Shown here one piece after another: positions 54,077 through 64,000 of a stretch of 64,000 nt of DNA. The first letter of the stretch is position 1. The number at the start of each line of letters is the position of its first letter. The notes below the pieces were generated by a model. It was not told where the DNA came from and did not search any database. It was given only the letters and a program-made list of their open reading frames with translations. Origin of the DNA: Ignavibacteriota bacterium (lineage in GTDB: Bacteria; Bacteroidota; Ignavibacteria; UBA10030; UBA6906); assembly GCA_963801355.1 (NCBI GenBank), contig CAWDEM010000008.1, forward strand, positions 1,568,001-1,632,000. Direction: 5' to 3'. A program made the position numbers and the translations under genes.

Positions 54077-56404
54077 TTACCGCTTGTTGAACTTGTGCTT
54101 CAAATCGTCAATCGTGAACCGCCCCGGCTTCTCCACTTCCTTCGCCACTTTCTTCGCCGCTTCCTTCACCGCTTCCTTCCCCTCCACTTTGGGCTTCGCC
54201 TTCTTGTGCGGATGATGACTCTGATGCTTGTGCCGGACACCGGGTGATTTCATCGTCAGACTGATACGCTTCAATGCCTCATTCACCTCCAGCACCCGCA
54301 CCCGTACCACCTGCCCCACCTTCACAACCTTTTTCGGATCGTCCACAAATTGATCGGCGAGCTGCGACACATGCACCAACCCGTCCTGATGCACGCCGAT
54401 GTCAACGAACGCCCCGAAGTTCGTCACATTGGTGACGACCCCTTCAAGCTCCATGCCCGGAGTCAGATCCTTGAGCTCCTTCACCCCTTCTTTGAAGGTC
54501 GCATATTTGAACTCCGCACGCGGATCCCTTCCGGGCTTTTGCAGTTCGAGGAGAATGTCCCTGATCGTCGGTTCGCCCACGGACCCGCCGACGTATTTCG
54601 ATACTTCGACGTGTTTCAGCTGTTCCGGATGGCTCCCGAGCTGATCGACGGAAAGCCCGATGTCCCGCAGGATATTCTCCACCACCCCGTAGCTTTCCGG
54701 ATGCACCGCAGAATTGTCGAGCGGATTCACGCCTCCCTGGATCCGCAGAAAGCCCGCCGCCTGCTCGAACGACTTCGGGCCGAATTTCGGTATGGCGCGC
54801 AGCTCGCTCCGGTCCTTGAACGCCCCGTGCTCCTCGCGGTATGCCACGATGTTTTTGGCGATCGCCGAGTTCACACCGGCGACATATTTCAGCAATTCGC
54901 GCGATGCCGTATTGACTTCCACCCCCACATAGTTCACGCAGCTCTGGACGGTTTCTTCCAGCCGCTTCCTCAGCAGCTTCTGATCCACGTCATGCTGGTA
55001 TTGTCCCACACCGATCGACTTTGGATCGATCTTGACCAGCTCGGCCAGCGGATCCTGCAACCGCCTGCCGATGCTCACGGCACCCCGCACCGTTACATCC
55101 AGATCGGGGAACTCCTCACGCGCCGCAGGGCTCGCGGAGTACACCGACGCGCCCGATTCATTCACCATGACATACACGGGCCGGCGCTCCAGCGTGGCCA
55201 CGGTGTCGCGGACAAACTGTTCGGTCTCGCGTCCTGCGGTACCGTTGCCGATCGCAATCAGTTCGGCATTGTGCTTAGTGACCATCTCCTTCAGCATCTC
55301 TCCGGCGCTCTGACGCTGCGCCTCGGACTGATGCGGATAGATGGTCTGATGCTCCAGAAGCTTTCCTGTGGCATCAAGTGCCACCGCCTTGCAGCCCGTG
55401 CGCAAGCCCGGATCCACTGCCAGGGTAGACACCATCCCGGCGGGCGGAGAGAGCAACAGTTCGCGTAGATTAGTTTCGAATGTCCGGATGGACTCCTTAT
55501 CGGCCTCTTCCTTCCGCATCGCCCTCACTTCGCCCACCAGGGACGGACGCATGAGACGGTCGAACGCATCCCGGACGACGGCTTTCAGATATGTGCCCAG
55601 GCCCGGCCCGCGGGCGGCGATCTCCGCCTTCTCGAGATACGCATAGACCGGTCCGGTATCGAATGTCACTTCGATCGTCAGAATATTCTCCTTTTCCCCG
55701 CGCAGCAAGGCGAGCATGTTGTGCGGGTGGATTTCCTTCACGCGCACCTTGAATGATCGGTACATTTCAAATTTGGTTGTCCCCTCTGCAAACGCCGGTT
55801 TGACCGATGATTCAAAGATTCCGTGGAGCAGAATGTACTCGCGCAGGTGCGACCGGTGGACTGCCCTGTCGGCAACTCCTTCGGCAATGATGTCCGCAGC
55901 ACCCGCAAGGGCTTCCTCGATTGTGGGCACACCCTTCTCTGCCGACACGAACGGTAAGGCCTCGGCGGCCAGGTCCAGATCCGCCGCCTCCCCAATATTT
56001 GCCGCCATGATCCGCTCCGCCAGGGGCTCCAGACCCTTCTCGCGCGCGACAGTTGCCCGTGTGCGTTTCTTCGGGCGGTACGGCAGATACAAATCCTCCA
56101 GCTCCGTCTTCTGCAAACATGCCTGGATCTGCTCGCGCAGGACATCGGTGAGTTTGCCCTGCTTTTCAATAGACTCCAGAACGGCTTTCTTCCGCTGGGC
56201 CAGGTCCATGAGGTAGGAATACCGGTCAAACAGGCTGCGCAGCTGCACCTCATCCATCTCGCCGGTGCGCTCCTTGCGGTAACGTGCGATGAACGGCACT
56301 GTTCCCCCCTCTTTCAGCAACTGCAGCGCATTGGCAACCTGGAACTGTTTGAGATTGAGCTCGCGCGAGAGAAGTTGTTCGATGTCCATCATATCCTGCC
56401 TCAC
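54077..56404 (-). CDS. tex: Tex / YhgF RNA-binding transcriptional accessory protein
   Basis: TVPFIARYRKE, EDLYLPY, DPGLRTGCK, ESGASVYSAS and IGVGQYQHD motifs; S1 domain. Confidence 0.96.
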   Translation of the reverse strand: MRQDMMDIEQLLSRELNLKQFQVANALQLLKEGGTVPFIARYRKERTGEMDEVQLRSLFDRYSYLMDLAQRKKAVLESIEKQGKLTDVLREQIQACLQKTELEDLYLPYRPKKRTRATVAREKGLEPLAERIMAANIGEAADLDLAAEALPFVSAEKGVPTIEEALAGAADIIAEGVADRAVHRSHLREYILLHGIFESSVKPAFAEGTTKFEMYRSFKVRVKEIHPHNMLALLRGEKENILTIEVTFDTGPVYAYLEKAEIAARGPGLGTYLKAVVRDAFDRLMRPSLVGEVRAMRKEEADKESIRTFETNLRELLLSPPAGMVSTLAVDPGLRTGCKAVALDATGKLLEHQTIYPHQSEAQRQSAGEMLKEMVTKHNAELIAIGNGTAGRETEQFVRDTVATLERRPVYVMVNESGASVYSASPAAREEFPDLDVTVRGAVSIGRRLQDPLAELVKIDPKSIGVGQYQHDVDQKLLRKRLEETVQSCVNYVGVEVNTASRELLKYVAGVNSAIAKNIVAYREEHGAFKDRSELRAIPKFGPKSFEQAAGFLRIQGGVNPLDNSAVHPESYGVVENILRDIGLSVDQLGSHPEQLKHVEVSKYVGGSVGEPTIRDILLELQKPGRDPRAEFKYATFKEGVKELKDLTPGMELEGVVTNVTNFGAFVDIGVHQDGLVHVSQLADQFVDDPKKVVKVGQVVRVRVLEVNEALKRISLTMKSPGVRHKHQSHHPHKKAKPKVEGKEAVKEAAKKVAKEVEKPGRFTIDDLKHKFNKR

Positions 56405-56444
56405 GGTATTGTCACTCTGCTGTCTTCACGCCCGGCGTTCGGCG

Positions 56445-56771
56445 TCAGTCGCAATGGAACACTTCTTCGAGATTCGCCCACCATTCCCCCGGCTTTGCCG
56501 ACGCGACAGGCTGCTGGCAGGGATTGGTGTGTTTCCACCACTGCTGTGTAACGGGATCTGCCGCCATTTTCGCCATGTCCGCGTCGAAGTCCGTTCCCGT
56601 GTATTCGAAATACGAGAAGAGCGTGTTGTCACGGGAGTAGATCGAGTAGTTTCTGATGTTGCACGCTGCAATGGTCCGCAGCACCTCGGGCCAGGCAGCT
56701 GCATGGAGGCGTTTGTATTCCTCCAGCATTTCCGGCTTCACGCCGATCACCATTCCGTACCGTTTCATCAC
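56445..56771 (-). CDS. L-rhamnose mutarotase family protein
   Basis: EEYKRLHAAAWPEV, NIRNYSIY, LFSYFEY and EEVFH motifs. Confidence 0.88.
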   Translation of the reverse strand: MMKRYGMVIGVKPEMLEEYKRLHAAAWPEVLRTIAACNIRNYSIYSRDNTLFSYFEYTGTDFDADMAKMAADPVTQQWWKHTNPCQQPVASAKPGEWWANLEEVFHCD

Positions 56772-56840
56772 TGTTGTTCCTCGAAGTAGGATTGTATCCG
56801 GAGGACTCTCTCCGGGATTGCGTCATGCGGGAGCTCCCTG

Positions 56841-57512
56841 TCATGTACTCCGCTTCCCATCCAGCAGCCCGAGAAGCTGCCGCGGCGATTCGAGTATCAC
56901 GCGTGCGCCGCTCCGCTTGAGTTCGTCTTTTGTCCGGAATCCCCACGCAGCTCCCATCGCGAACATTCCCGCCGAGACAGCAGTCTGCATGTCCGTCCCT
57001 GTGTCCCCGAGATACCAGAACTGCTCCGGCTCGATCTGCAGCGCATGCGCAATTGCCAGCGCACCGGCAGGATCGGGCTTCCGTGCCACACCCTCCCGCT
57101 GGCCCTGGACGATATCGAATTCAGCCCCCCGCAACATCTCCGTCACGCATTGTGCGGTGGCATCATGGGGTTTGTTGGAGAGGACTGCCATCCTGACCCC
57201 CAGCGTATGGATCTGCGAGAGCATCTCCGGGATGCCCTCATAGGGCCTGGTCTTCAGATTCCACCGCACGGCATACTCCTCTCTGAACCGGGCAAGGCAT
57301 CGTGCATGGGTCTCCCCATCCCTGTGCATTTCGGGAAGCACGCGGCCGATCAGCACCGAAGCACCATCCCCGACAAAATACCTGTACGCCTCCACCGGGT
57401 GCACGGGGAATCCCTCTCCTGCCAACACCGCGTTCACAGAATCCGCAAGATCCTCAAGCGTATCCAGCAGGGTTCCATCGAGGTCGAAAATAATTCCGAG
57501 CGGCTTCTTCAT
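56841..57512 (-). CDS. HAD family phosphatase (Gph-like)
   Basis: FDLDGTLLD, LSNK, KPDP and GDTGTD motifs; start coupled to the upstream stop (TGATG). Confidence 0.9.
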   Translation of the reverse strand: MKKPLGIIFDLDGTLLDTLEDLADSVNAVLAGEGFPVHPVEAYRYFVGDGASVLIGRVLPEMHRDGETHARCLARFREEYAVRWNLKTRPYEGIPEMLSQIHTLGVRMAVLSNKPHDATAQCVTEMLRGAEFDIVQGQREGVARKPDPAGALAIAHALQIEPEQFWYLGDTGTDMQTAVSAGMFAMGAAWGFRTKDELKRSGARVILESPRQLLGLLDGKRST

Positions 57513-58774
57513 CAGTTCCGGCAATCGTTTAACGCTTTGAACAGCGCTTCGACGTTTTCTATGGGCACATTCGCCTGGATGTTGTGGATGGCATTGAAAA
57601 CGAACCCGCCACCCTCGTTGAAAATCCGGACGCGCTCAGTGACTTCATCGTACACCTGTGCGGGGGTGCCGAAGGGGAGCGTACGCTGCGTGTCCACACC
57701 ACCGCCCCAGAAAACGAGGTCTTTGCCATACTCCCGTTTCAGCCGCCCGGGTTCCATCCCCCGGGTGGATGTTTGCACCGGGTTGAGGATGTCGAAACCC
57801 GCCTCGATGAAATCGGGAATCAGATCCGACACGCACCCGCAGGAGTGAATGAACGTCTTCCAGGGCGTGTGCCGGTGAATGTACTCGTTGATCGTCACGT
57901 GAAACGGCATGAAGAGTTCCCGGTAGGCTTTGCGGGAGATGAACAGACTGTGCTGCGCGCCAAAATCGGTCCCCGAAACAAAGCCCGCCTGCACAAGGTC
58001 GCCCAGTGTCCCCACCAGAAGCTCAAGGTTTGCCAGCGCTACCTCGCACTGGCCTTCAAAGACTTTGAACACATAGTCGCGTCGCGCGCTGGTGGAGACG
58101 TACCATTCCTCCACGTCGCGGATGCCGTGCGTCTGTTTCCGACCGAGGGCGGGGACGAGAGCGATATCGCCGAAGGCAGCACCCGGGATGCCCACGACCG
58201 CGCCCTTCCGTGCAGCCAGGGAGCCCTCCGCCTGGCCGCGCAGATGTGTCAGGTCCTGCTCGGACAGCAGAGTGAATTCCTCCAGGTTGTTGCGGGGATC
58301 GAGTTCCTCCTCCACTACCGGCTCCTGGCGTGAAATTGCATCGAAGAAGTACCCGTCGCGAGGCATCCTGGCGCACGGCGGAACGGAAGTGTCTCCCTCG
58401 GGATACATCAGCAGGTCGCCGCCGGCGTCCGCTTTCACGTTGAAATTCTCCGGCACGAGGACGTCCGTCCCGTCGAACAACTGAAACGGTTTCCACCCCC
58501 GGTTTTCAAACCCGAACATATTGGTGCGGGCATAGACGCCGACCACATCAATGCCGAGGGCTTCCCGGAGTTCTTCGTCGACTTCCCCCAGCATCTGGTA
58601 GGGCTCGATCACGCGCACGCGGTACCCGGGATCTCCCAGCAGTCGCGCCCGCAACTTCGCAACGATGCTGGCAGCGATGCCGGTCACGGCCGTCGCACCG
58701 AAGTCCACGCACACACGATCAACCGGCTGGTGTGCAAGCGTGGTGAGCAAACGGTCACGGGAAGTCATGCTCAT
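57512..58774 (-). CDS. Uroporphyrinogen decarboxylase (URO-D / MtaA-CmuA) family protein
   Basis: MTSRDRL, GTDFG, HSCG, ILNPVQ, FWGGGVDTQ and HNIQANVP motifs. Confidence 0.85.
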   Translation of the reverse strand: MSMTSRDRLLTTLAHQPVDRVCVDFGATAVTGIAASIVAKLRARLLGDPGYRVRVIEPYQMLGEVDEELREALGIDVVGVYARTNMFGFENRGWKPFQLFDGTDVLVPENFNVKADAGGDLLMYPEGDTSVPPCARMPRDGYFFDAISRQEPVVEEELDPRNNLEEFTLLSEQDLTHLRGQAEGSLAARKGAVVGIPGAAFGDIALVPALGRKQTHGIRDVEEWYVSTSARRDYVFKVFEGQCEVALANLELLVGTLGDLVQAGFVSGTDFGAQHSLFISRKAYRELFMPFHVTINEYIHRHTPWKTFIHSCGCVSDLIPDFIEAGFDILNPVQTSTRGMEPGRLKREYGKDLVFWGGGVDTQRTLPFGTPAQVYDEVTERVRIFNEGGGFVFNAIHNIQANVPIENVEALFKALNDCRN

Positions 58775-61090
58775 CGTGGAGTCTCTCCCTCCCAGTAACG
58801 GAGCTTGACCACCCCGGGTTGCGGGCGGCTCCCATCGAATGCCAGGTCACATTCCAGGGCCCCCTGTTCGTGCAACACCCGTCCTTTGTATTCGATCTTC
58901 GAGCCGACCGCCATGCCGTACCGCACCTTCCGTGGATTCAGAACAGCGAAGAGGGTCATGGCGTCGGTGGTGAAATCGCCGAATTTCACCTTTCCTGTTT
59001 CGTATGTATACATGGGGCGGCGCCAGTCACGCACGATGTCCGCCTGCAGGTCCATCTTCATCCCGACCAGATACGATGTCTCCCCCGAGGTGAGCGTGAT
59101 GCCGAGAGTACGCCTCAATTCCTCAACGGGGAGGAGGCGGACGCGGTCCAGAAGCGTCTTCGGATCAACACCTTTGTCATGGGGGATGAGCACGGTGATG
59201 AACGTCTGCATGTCGTTCAGATTCCCGTGCCGTCCGATCATCTGATAGAGTGATTGCTCCTGCTGCCAGTAGCGTTGTTGTGGCACCACCCCTTCCTCCA
59301 TCTGCGCGCGCTGGGGGAACACCACCAGCAAGCGGTCGTCACCGCGCACGTCCCACGTCGCGAGGGAGTCGTACGCAGTGTCGAACCAGCCGGGCCCCCG
59401 GGCGAGCACGTGCCGCGTGTGCCAGAAGTTCGCCATCGTGAGATACCCGGGCCGCGTGTATCTCACGGCATCGAAGACGACGAACCAATCGAGCGGTTTG
59501 ACGTACACCACGGCTCTGTCCGCCTCGTATCCCCAATCCGCATCGATCACGCGCGAGCGGGAATATTCGAAGTCGCCGCACGAGAGGAAATCCACCTTCT
59601 GTGTGCGCACGTTGCGGTACGCGCCGGAATTGCGGAAAAAGTCGAGCACGTTCTGACCGGGGACCGCTTCCCGTTGCGGAGAGGCGTAGCGGAACTGGCC
59701 TGCACTCTGTCCGAGCGCAATCTTGTCGTTGCGCACCACGAGACGGTTGTGGAAGTAGTCCGCGCGGTACGCCCCGTAGGGTCCGCTGGGCATGAAGTCG
59801 CGGTAGCCTCCGTCGTGCAGGAGTATGCTCTTGTTGCGCATCAGGAGCGCTATGCTGTTCTCATCGGCGTGCCCGTGCGTCATTTTTTCTTCTTCAACGG
59901 GAATGCTCGTGCGGAGATATTCGCGGAAGAGCCACCCGCCGTCTCCCTCGTCGCGATAGTTGTACAGCATGTATGTGCTGTTGCCGGCCCACCCGTTTCT
60001 GAAGACGAACTTCTTCCCGACGATATCGTCAATGACCTGCCGGCTCCCGTTTGCCGGTTCCGCGGCGGGGAGCGAGAAATCCGCCCAGCGGTACGCATCG
60101 GACAGCGTCAGCCCGAGGAACACACTCCGTTTCGCCGGGAGCGGATCGCAATATTTGCGGAACATGCGGGCTGCCGCCCAGCGGAACCGCGGGTCGTGAT
60201 TCACCGCCGCCGCCTTCTCGAAAAACGGGATGAACCTGTCCCAACCGCTTGCCCAGTTGGCATCCCCGACGTCGGGCACCAACCCTGCCGGGCACATCAT
60301 CTGCAGGTAGTACTCCATGTTGTACTGCATCATCGGGCTGCGGTACAGAGACTCGTCCTGCCGTATATCGCTGACATAGCCGAGCAGGGAATAGAGCCAG
60401 ATGGCATTGTACCCTGTGGCGTCTTCGATCTCCCATTCGTCCCAGTTGTCGCCTGCGATCGCCCCGCCGATCGTCACCCACTTCGTGGCGGTGGGGATGA
60501 TCGGGAACCGCTTTGGCGGCATACAACAATCCCTCGGCCCTCAGGATCGCGCGATTCATGGCCCCCCATTCCTGGAAGGAACAGAAGAAGTCGGCGCTGC
60601 CTCCAATGTTATCGTCGATGGTCCGTTTCTCCGCGGCGGTCAGGGTGCGATGCTGTTTCAGGATGGTGTAGGCATGACAGTACTTGGCAAAGGTGAAGAT
60701 ATTGGGCAACGCGGGAAGTACGCCGCCGAATTCCGGACGGCTCTTCGCATACCCGGGAGGATACGCCTCGCGATGCTTGCCGTAATACAGCAGAAGCTCA
60801 CGCGCCCGGTCAAGATAGATCTCTTCTTTGGTGACTTCATAGAGGTTCGTGCACAGTGCCGCCAGATACGGTTCGTTGCCCGGAGGGGCATACCCGAACA
60901 CATAATTCGTATCGATGGTGGCACGGAACCGTTCACGGTCGGCATCCACCGCATTCCAGCCGTCCGCCGCCGCAGCGCGCATGTAGGTCAGATATTCGTT
61001 CCCGTTGACAGCTTGTGTCTCTTCCGCATGCCCTAACAACAGGGATGCACAACACACGAGGAAAAAACAAAGGGGTCTGCAGAGTTTCAT
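58771..61090 (-). pseudogene. Heparinase II/III-like secreted lyase split by a single frameshift near 60490 (pseudogene or sequence error)
   Basis: The frame from ATG 61090 (signal peptide ...WGAMNRA...AKAVPDHP) continues in another frame as KWVTIGG...EDATGYNAIW...HGHADENSI...FHN. The span is 2320 nt, i.e. 773 codons plus 1 nt. Confidence 0.78.
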
Positions 61091-61261
61091 GAGTGTCTCA
61101 CGGCTGATGGAATTGTGTGACTTGACAGGGAGTAGAGGACAACACCGGCGGCCGTTGTCGTGGTGAAGTGTGTTCCGTCGTCCGGACTCACTGCTCCGAG
61201 TCCGGGGCGGGAGACCATCCGCAGACGCCTCCCGCCCGTGATGCTCCCACAACTGACCGGG

Positions 61262-62464
61262 TCACTCGCCGGTCATCAGAAACAGCGGTCGCATCTCAAA
61301 ACTCCCATAATGCGGCCGCAACCGATCAATATTGTAGTGTTCCTTGACGTTGACGACCTTCTTGGAACTGGTGACGACGTCAATTGGCATGTTGTCGTAC
61401 CTGCCATTCTTCAGCACCACCAGCCTGCCGTGCACCTTCGAGAGAATAAGATCGAGCGCCAGATTTCCGTACGCCATGGGAACGATTGAATCGATGGCAT
61501 CCGGATCGCCGCCGCGGACGAGATACCCCAGCGTCTGCGTGATGGTGTTCACTTCCTTGCCATTGTTGTACTTCGGCGAGAGCTCCTTCAGTTTTTCCGA
61601 CACACGGTCTCCGATGCCGCCCAGCTTCTTGTGGCCGTAGGCATCCGTGGTCTCCTTCGCAAATACCATCTCCCCGCCTTCGAACATCGCGCCTTCGGAA
61701 ACCAGGACCACAGAATAATGGCTCGGGTTCCTGTTACGGTCGTAGCACAACAGCTCCGTCAGCCGTTCAATATTGAAGCGGTGTTCCGGAATGACGCAGC
61801 GGTTGGCGGCGCCGGCCATTGTCGGCAGCATGGCCGTGAATCCGGCATACCGGCCGAATACTTCAAGCACAAGGAATCGCTCGTGGGATCCCGCCGACGT
61901 CCGCAGGCTGTTGGTCATCATGATCGTGCGGGTGACACACGTGCTGAATCCGATGCAATAATCTGTGCCCGGGACGTCGTTGTCCATCGTTTTGGGGATG
62001 GCGACGACCTTCAGACCCTCCTGATACAGACGGACGCCGTAGCTGAGCGTGTCATCACCGCCGATCGGGATCAGTGTGTCGATGCCGAGCCAGGCGAGAT
62101 TCGTCTTCACCTCCTCCGTCAGATCGTTGACGTCCGCAGAGTACTTGTCGCGCAGGTGTTCGGGCACAACGTTCTTCTTCACGTGACTCGGCCGCGTACG
62201 GGAGGTATGGAGGAATGTCCCGCCGGTGCGGCCGGCTTTGTTGACGACTTCTTCGGTAAGAATCTGAAAGTTGCCGCTGTTGTCATAGTCCTTTTCCCGC
62301 ACGATGTCGATCAGCCCTCCCCATCCCCGGCGCAGGCCGATCACATGGTACCCTTCGCGTAACGCACGGATGGTAACAGCGCGTATTGCCGGGTTCAGGC
62401 CGGGGACATCTCCACCGCCGGTCAGAATGCCGATTACACCCTTGATTGACGCAATGTTTGCCAT
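61262..62464 (-). CDS. pfkA: 6-phosphofructokinase, probably pyrophosphate-dependent
   Basis: TGGGDVPGLN; GGDD and PKTMDND carry the Asp/Lys signature of PPi specificity; EVFGR. Confidence 0.9.
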   Translation of the reverse strand: MANIASIKGVIGILTGGGDVPGLNPAIRAVTIRALREGYHVIGLRRGWGGLIDIVREKDYDNSGNFQILTEEVVNKAGRTGGTFLHTSRTRPSHVKKNVVPEHLRDKYSADVNDLTEEVKTNLAWLGIDTLIPIGGDDTLSYGVRLYQEGLKVVAIPKTMDNDVPGTDYCIGFSTCVTRTIMMTNSLRTSAGSHERFLVLEVFGRYAGFTAMLPTMAGAANRCVIPEHRFNIERLTELLCYDRNRNPSHYSVVLVSEGAMFEGGEMVFAKETTDAYGHKKLGGIGDRVSEKLKELSPKYNNGKEVNTITQTLGYLVRGGDPDAIDSIVPMAYGNLALDLILSKVHGRLVVLKNGRYDNMPIDVVTSSKKVVNVKEHYNIDRLRPHYGSFEMRPLFLMTGE

Positions 62465-62500
62465 ACAACACTCCTGTGATGAAAGTATGAGAGCATGAAT

Positions 62501-64000
62501 CTAGCGTAGAAGAACGACTTTCTTCGTATCGGACCATGTACCTGCGCGAAGGGTATACAGATACGTACCCGATGCCACTGCGGCATGCTGATCGTTGATC
62601 CCGTCCCAGCGGACCACATAATGACCGCCGGGCAGATTCGCGCGCAGCAGGGTGCGCACTAACCGTCCCTGCAGATCATGCACCGTGAGTTCCACGTGCT
62701 GATCGCCGTACGGCGTGTTCACTGTCAACGGAATGATTGTCGTGGAGTTGAACGGATTCGGGTAGCTCTGCAAAAGCGCGAACGACGCCGGCCGGTCGAC
62801 GGGCAACAGCGGCGGCGGGACATCCGTGGTGAGCAGCGCGGCACCGGTTCCGCGTGAATTCCCTGCGGCATCGGCAAGGTACAAATTCACGAAGTCGGGC
62901 CGGGACGCGGGAAGTGTCGTGTATTCAGTTTTCCACTCCTCGTCGGTCAGCCTCCTGAAGTTCAGGCTGACGTACTCGTAGTAGCTGAGCACAGGCCCGA
63001 CGCATGCGATGCGCTGCCCGTCGGGCAGCGAGACGATAAACGCTCCCAGATTTACCGGTCCGGTCCCCGCATGAAGCACCCACCCGACCATAGAGCCCCC
63101 TTCATCAGTCGGGGCGGTGTGCACATCGGCCACGACGTAGTCATGGGATGTGAATCCCAACTCACCCGTGTAGAACAATCGCGCATACCAGCCTGCCGCG
63201 ACAGTCGTACAGCCGGACGGCACCTCATACAGCATCGTCCGGAGGAAGAGTTTCTCCACCTCCAGTAGTGGTGTCGAAGCGAGTTCCTTGCGCGCGATTG
63301 TGCCGAGCGTATCCATAACCTCTGCCATCCTGTCGAAATAGACACCTACGGACCACAGACCGGAGAGATCGGGCGACTTGAAACGCACGCTCGCGCGTTG
63401 CGCCAATCCCTTCATCGCATCATAGAACGCAGGGATAGGTTCAACATAGCTTTCGGGAAATGAACAAATAACCATGCCCGTATACGATTGCTTTGCGTAC
63501 AGCAGGTTGTCATGCCGCAACTGTGCCCACCCCGCCAGCTGCGTGTTCATCTTTTCCTGCCACCATGCCGCGGTCTTCATGAACGGAGGGAGCGATTCCC
63601 GTTCGAGAGGCGGATTCAACGTACGGAGGGCGTTGAGCCACCCGTTGTACATTGTCGCGTCCCAGAATGAAGAGCCGTAGCCGTCCACTAGGTAGCGCAG
63701 CGCCGCGAGGTTTGTGGCGTAATGGTACTGCGCCAAATCCGGCTGCAGGAGCTGCGCCGCCGCATCGTTGCCGAGGGCGAACAGGATATCAAGAGTTGAC
63801 GGCAGCATCCGGAGCATCTTCTGCCCCTGGTAGATGATCCTGTCATAGACCACGTTGCCGGTCACATACGAGTCCACGATGAACCGCTGCCCGACCAGAA
63901 GGAATGCCGAGGCCGGCACGATCTGCTCGGGATCGCACGGATCCGACCAGAGCATCTGCGAAATGATGCGCTGGGCCGCGTACGATTGCTGCAGGAGTTT
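62501..64000 (-). CDS. DUF3160 domain protein with T9SS/FlgD-like CTD, 5' end outside the window
   Basis: Frame is open to the window edge. GQRFIVDS, WAQLRHDNLLYAKQSY, VVADVHT and GPVLSYYE motifs; CTD YPNPFN...WDG...ASGTY. Confidence 0.85.
   Translation of the reverse strand, partial: KLLQQSYAAQRIISQMLWSDPCDPEQIVPASAFLLVGQRFIVDSYVTGNVVYDRIIYQGQKMLRMLPSTLDILFALGNDAAAQLLQPDLAQYHYATNLAALRYLVDGYGSSFWDATMYNGWLNALRTLNPPLERESLPPFMKTAAWWQEKMNTQLAGWAQLRHDNLLYAKQSYTGMVICSFPESYVEPIPAFYDAMKGLAQRASVRFKSPDLSGLWSVGVYFDRMAEVMDTLGTIARKELASTPLLEVEKLFLRTMLYEVPSGCTTVAAGWYARLFYTGELGFTSHDYVVADVHTAPTDEGGSMVGWVLHAGTGPVNLGAFIVSLPDGQRIACVGPVLSYYEYVSLNFRRLTDEEWKTEYTTLPASRPDFVNLYLADAAGNSRGTGAALLTTDVPPPLLPVDRPASFALLQSYPNPFNSTTIIPLTVNTPYGDQHVELTVHDLQGRLVRTLLRANLPGGHYVVRWDGINDQHAAVASGTYLYTLRAGTWSDTKKVVLLR

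Noticed and set aside
60029-60490. C-terminal half of the 407-aa ORF 60029..61252 as a real protein
   Set aside because: It is Arg/Gly-rich out-of-frame read-through after the frameshift; the coding signal is in the 58771..60522 frame.

Overview
A roughly 60% GC bacterial segment of about 52 genes, 50 of them on the minus strand. The source is most likely an Ignavibacteria-type member of the Bacteroidota/Chlorobi group. It carries T9SS parts (DUF4835/PorD, PorV-like barrels, CTD cargoes) and many signal peptides followed by Gln, yet uses E. coli-like TTGACA-N17-TAnnnT promoters and Shine-Dalgarno sites. Positions 1-31 kb are housekeeping and envelope genes: ECF sigma/DUF6249, mnmA, ROK kinase, a TatD-radical SAM fusion, metG, holB, BamA/TamA, M23, hprK-hpf-xerC-topA-smg-ybeY, S41, GH57 and lysS. 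Positions 31-54 kb are a 17-gene, GntR/FadR-headed polyuronate utilisation locus with PL6, PL17 and PL38-like lyases, KdgF, a DEH reductase, KduI/KduD, KdgK, Eda and an MFS transporter. This locus has no SusC/SusD pair. It has instead a TonB-dependent transporter followed by a variant-CTD secreted protein, a PorV-like barrel, a second PorV/FadL-like barrel and another CTD cargo. This module is the best candidate for an undescribed system. Positions 54-64 kb hold tex, a cluster of a frameshifted lyase-like gene, a URO-D family gene, a HAD phosphatase and a rhamnose mutarotase, then PPi-type PFK and a partial DUF3160 T9SS cargo. Non-coding oddities include a 25-bp tandem array in the lysS leader, 7-bp-periodic palindromic elements (one inserted in frame into GH57), an interlocked hairpin repeat, and twin divergent ECF promoters. 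No rRNA, tRNA, CRISPR-Cas or transposase was seen. All family assignments come from motif recognition by eye; no searches were run.
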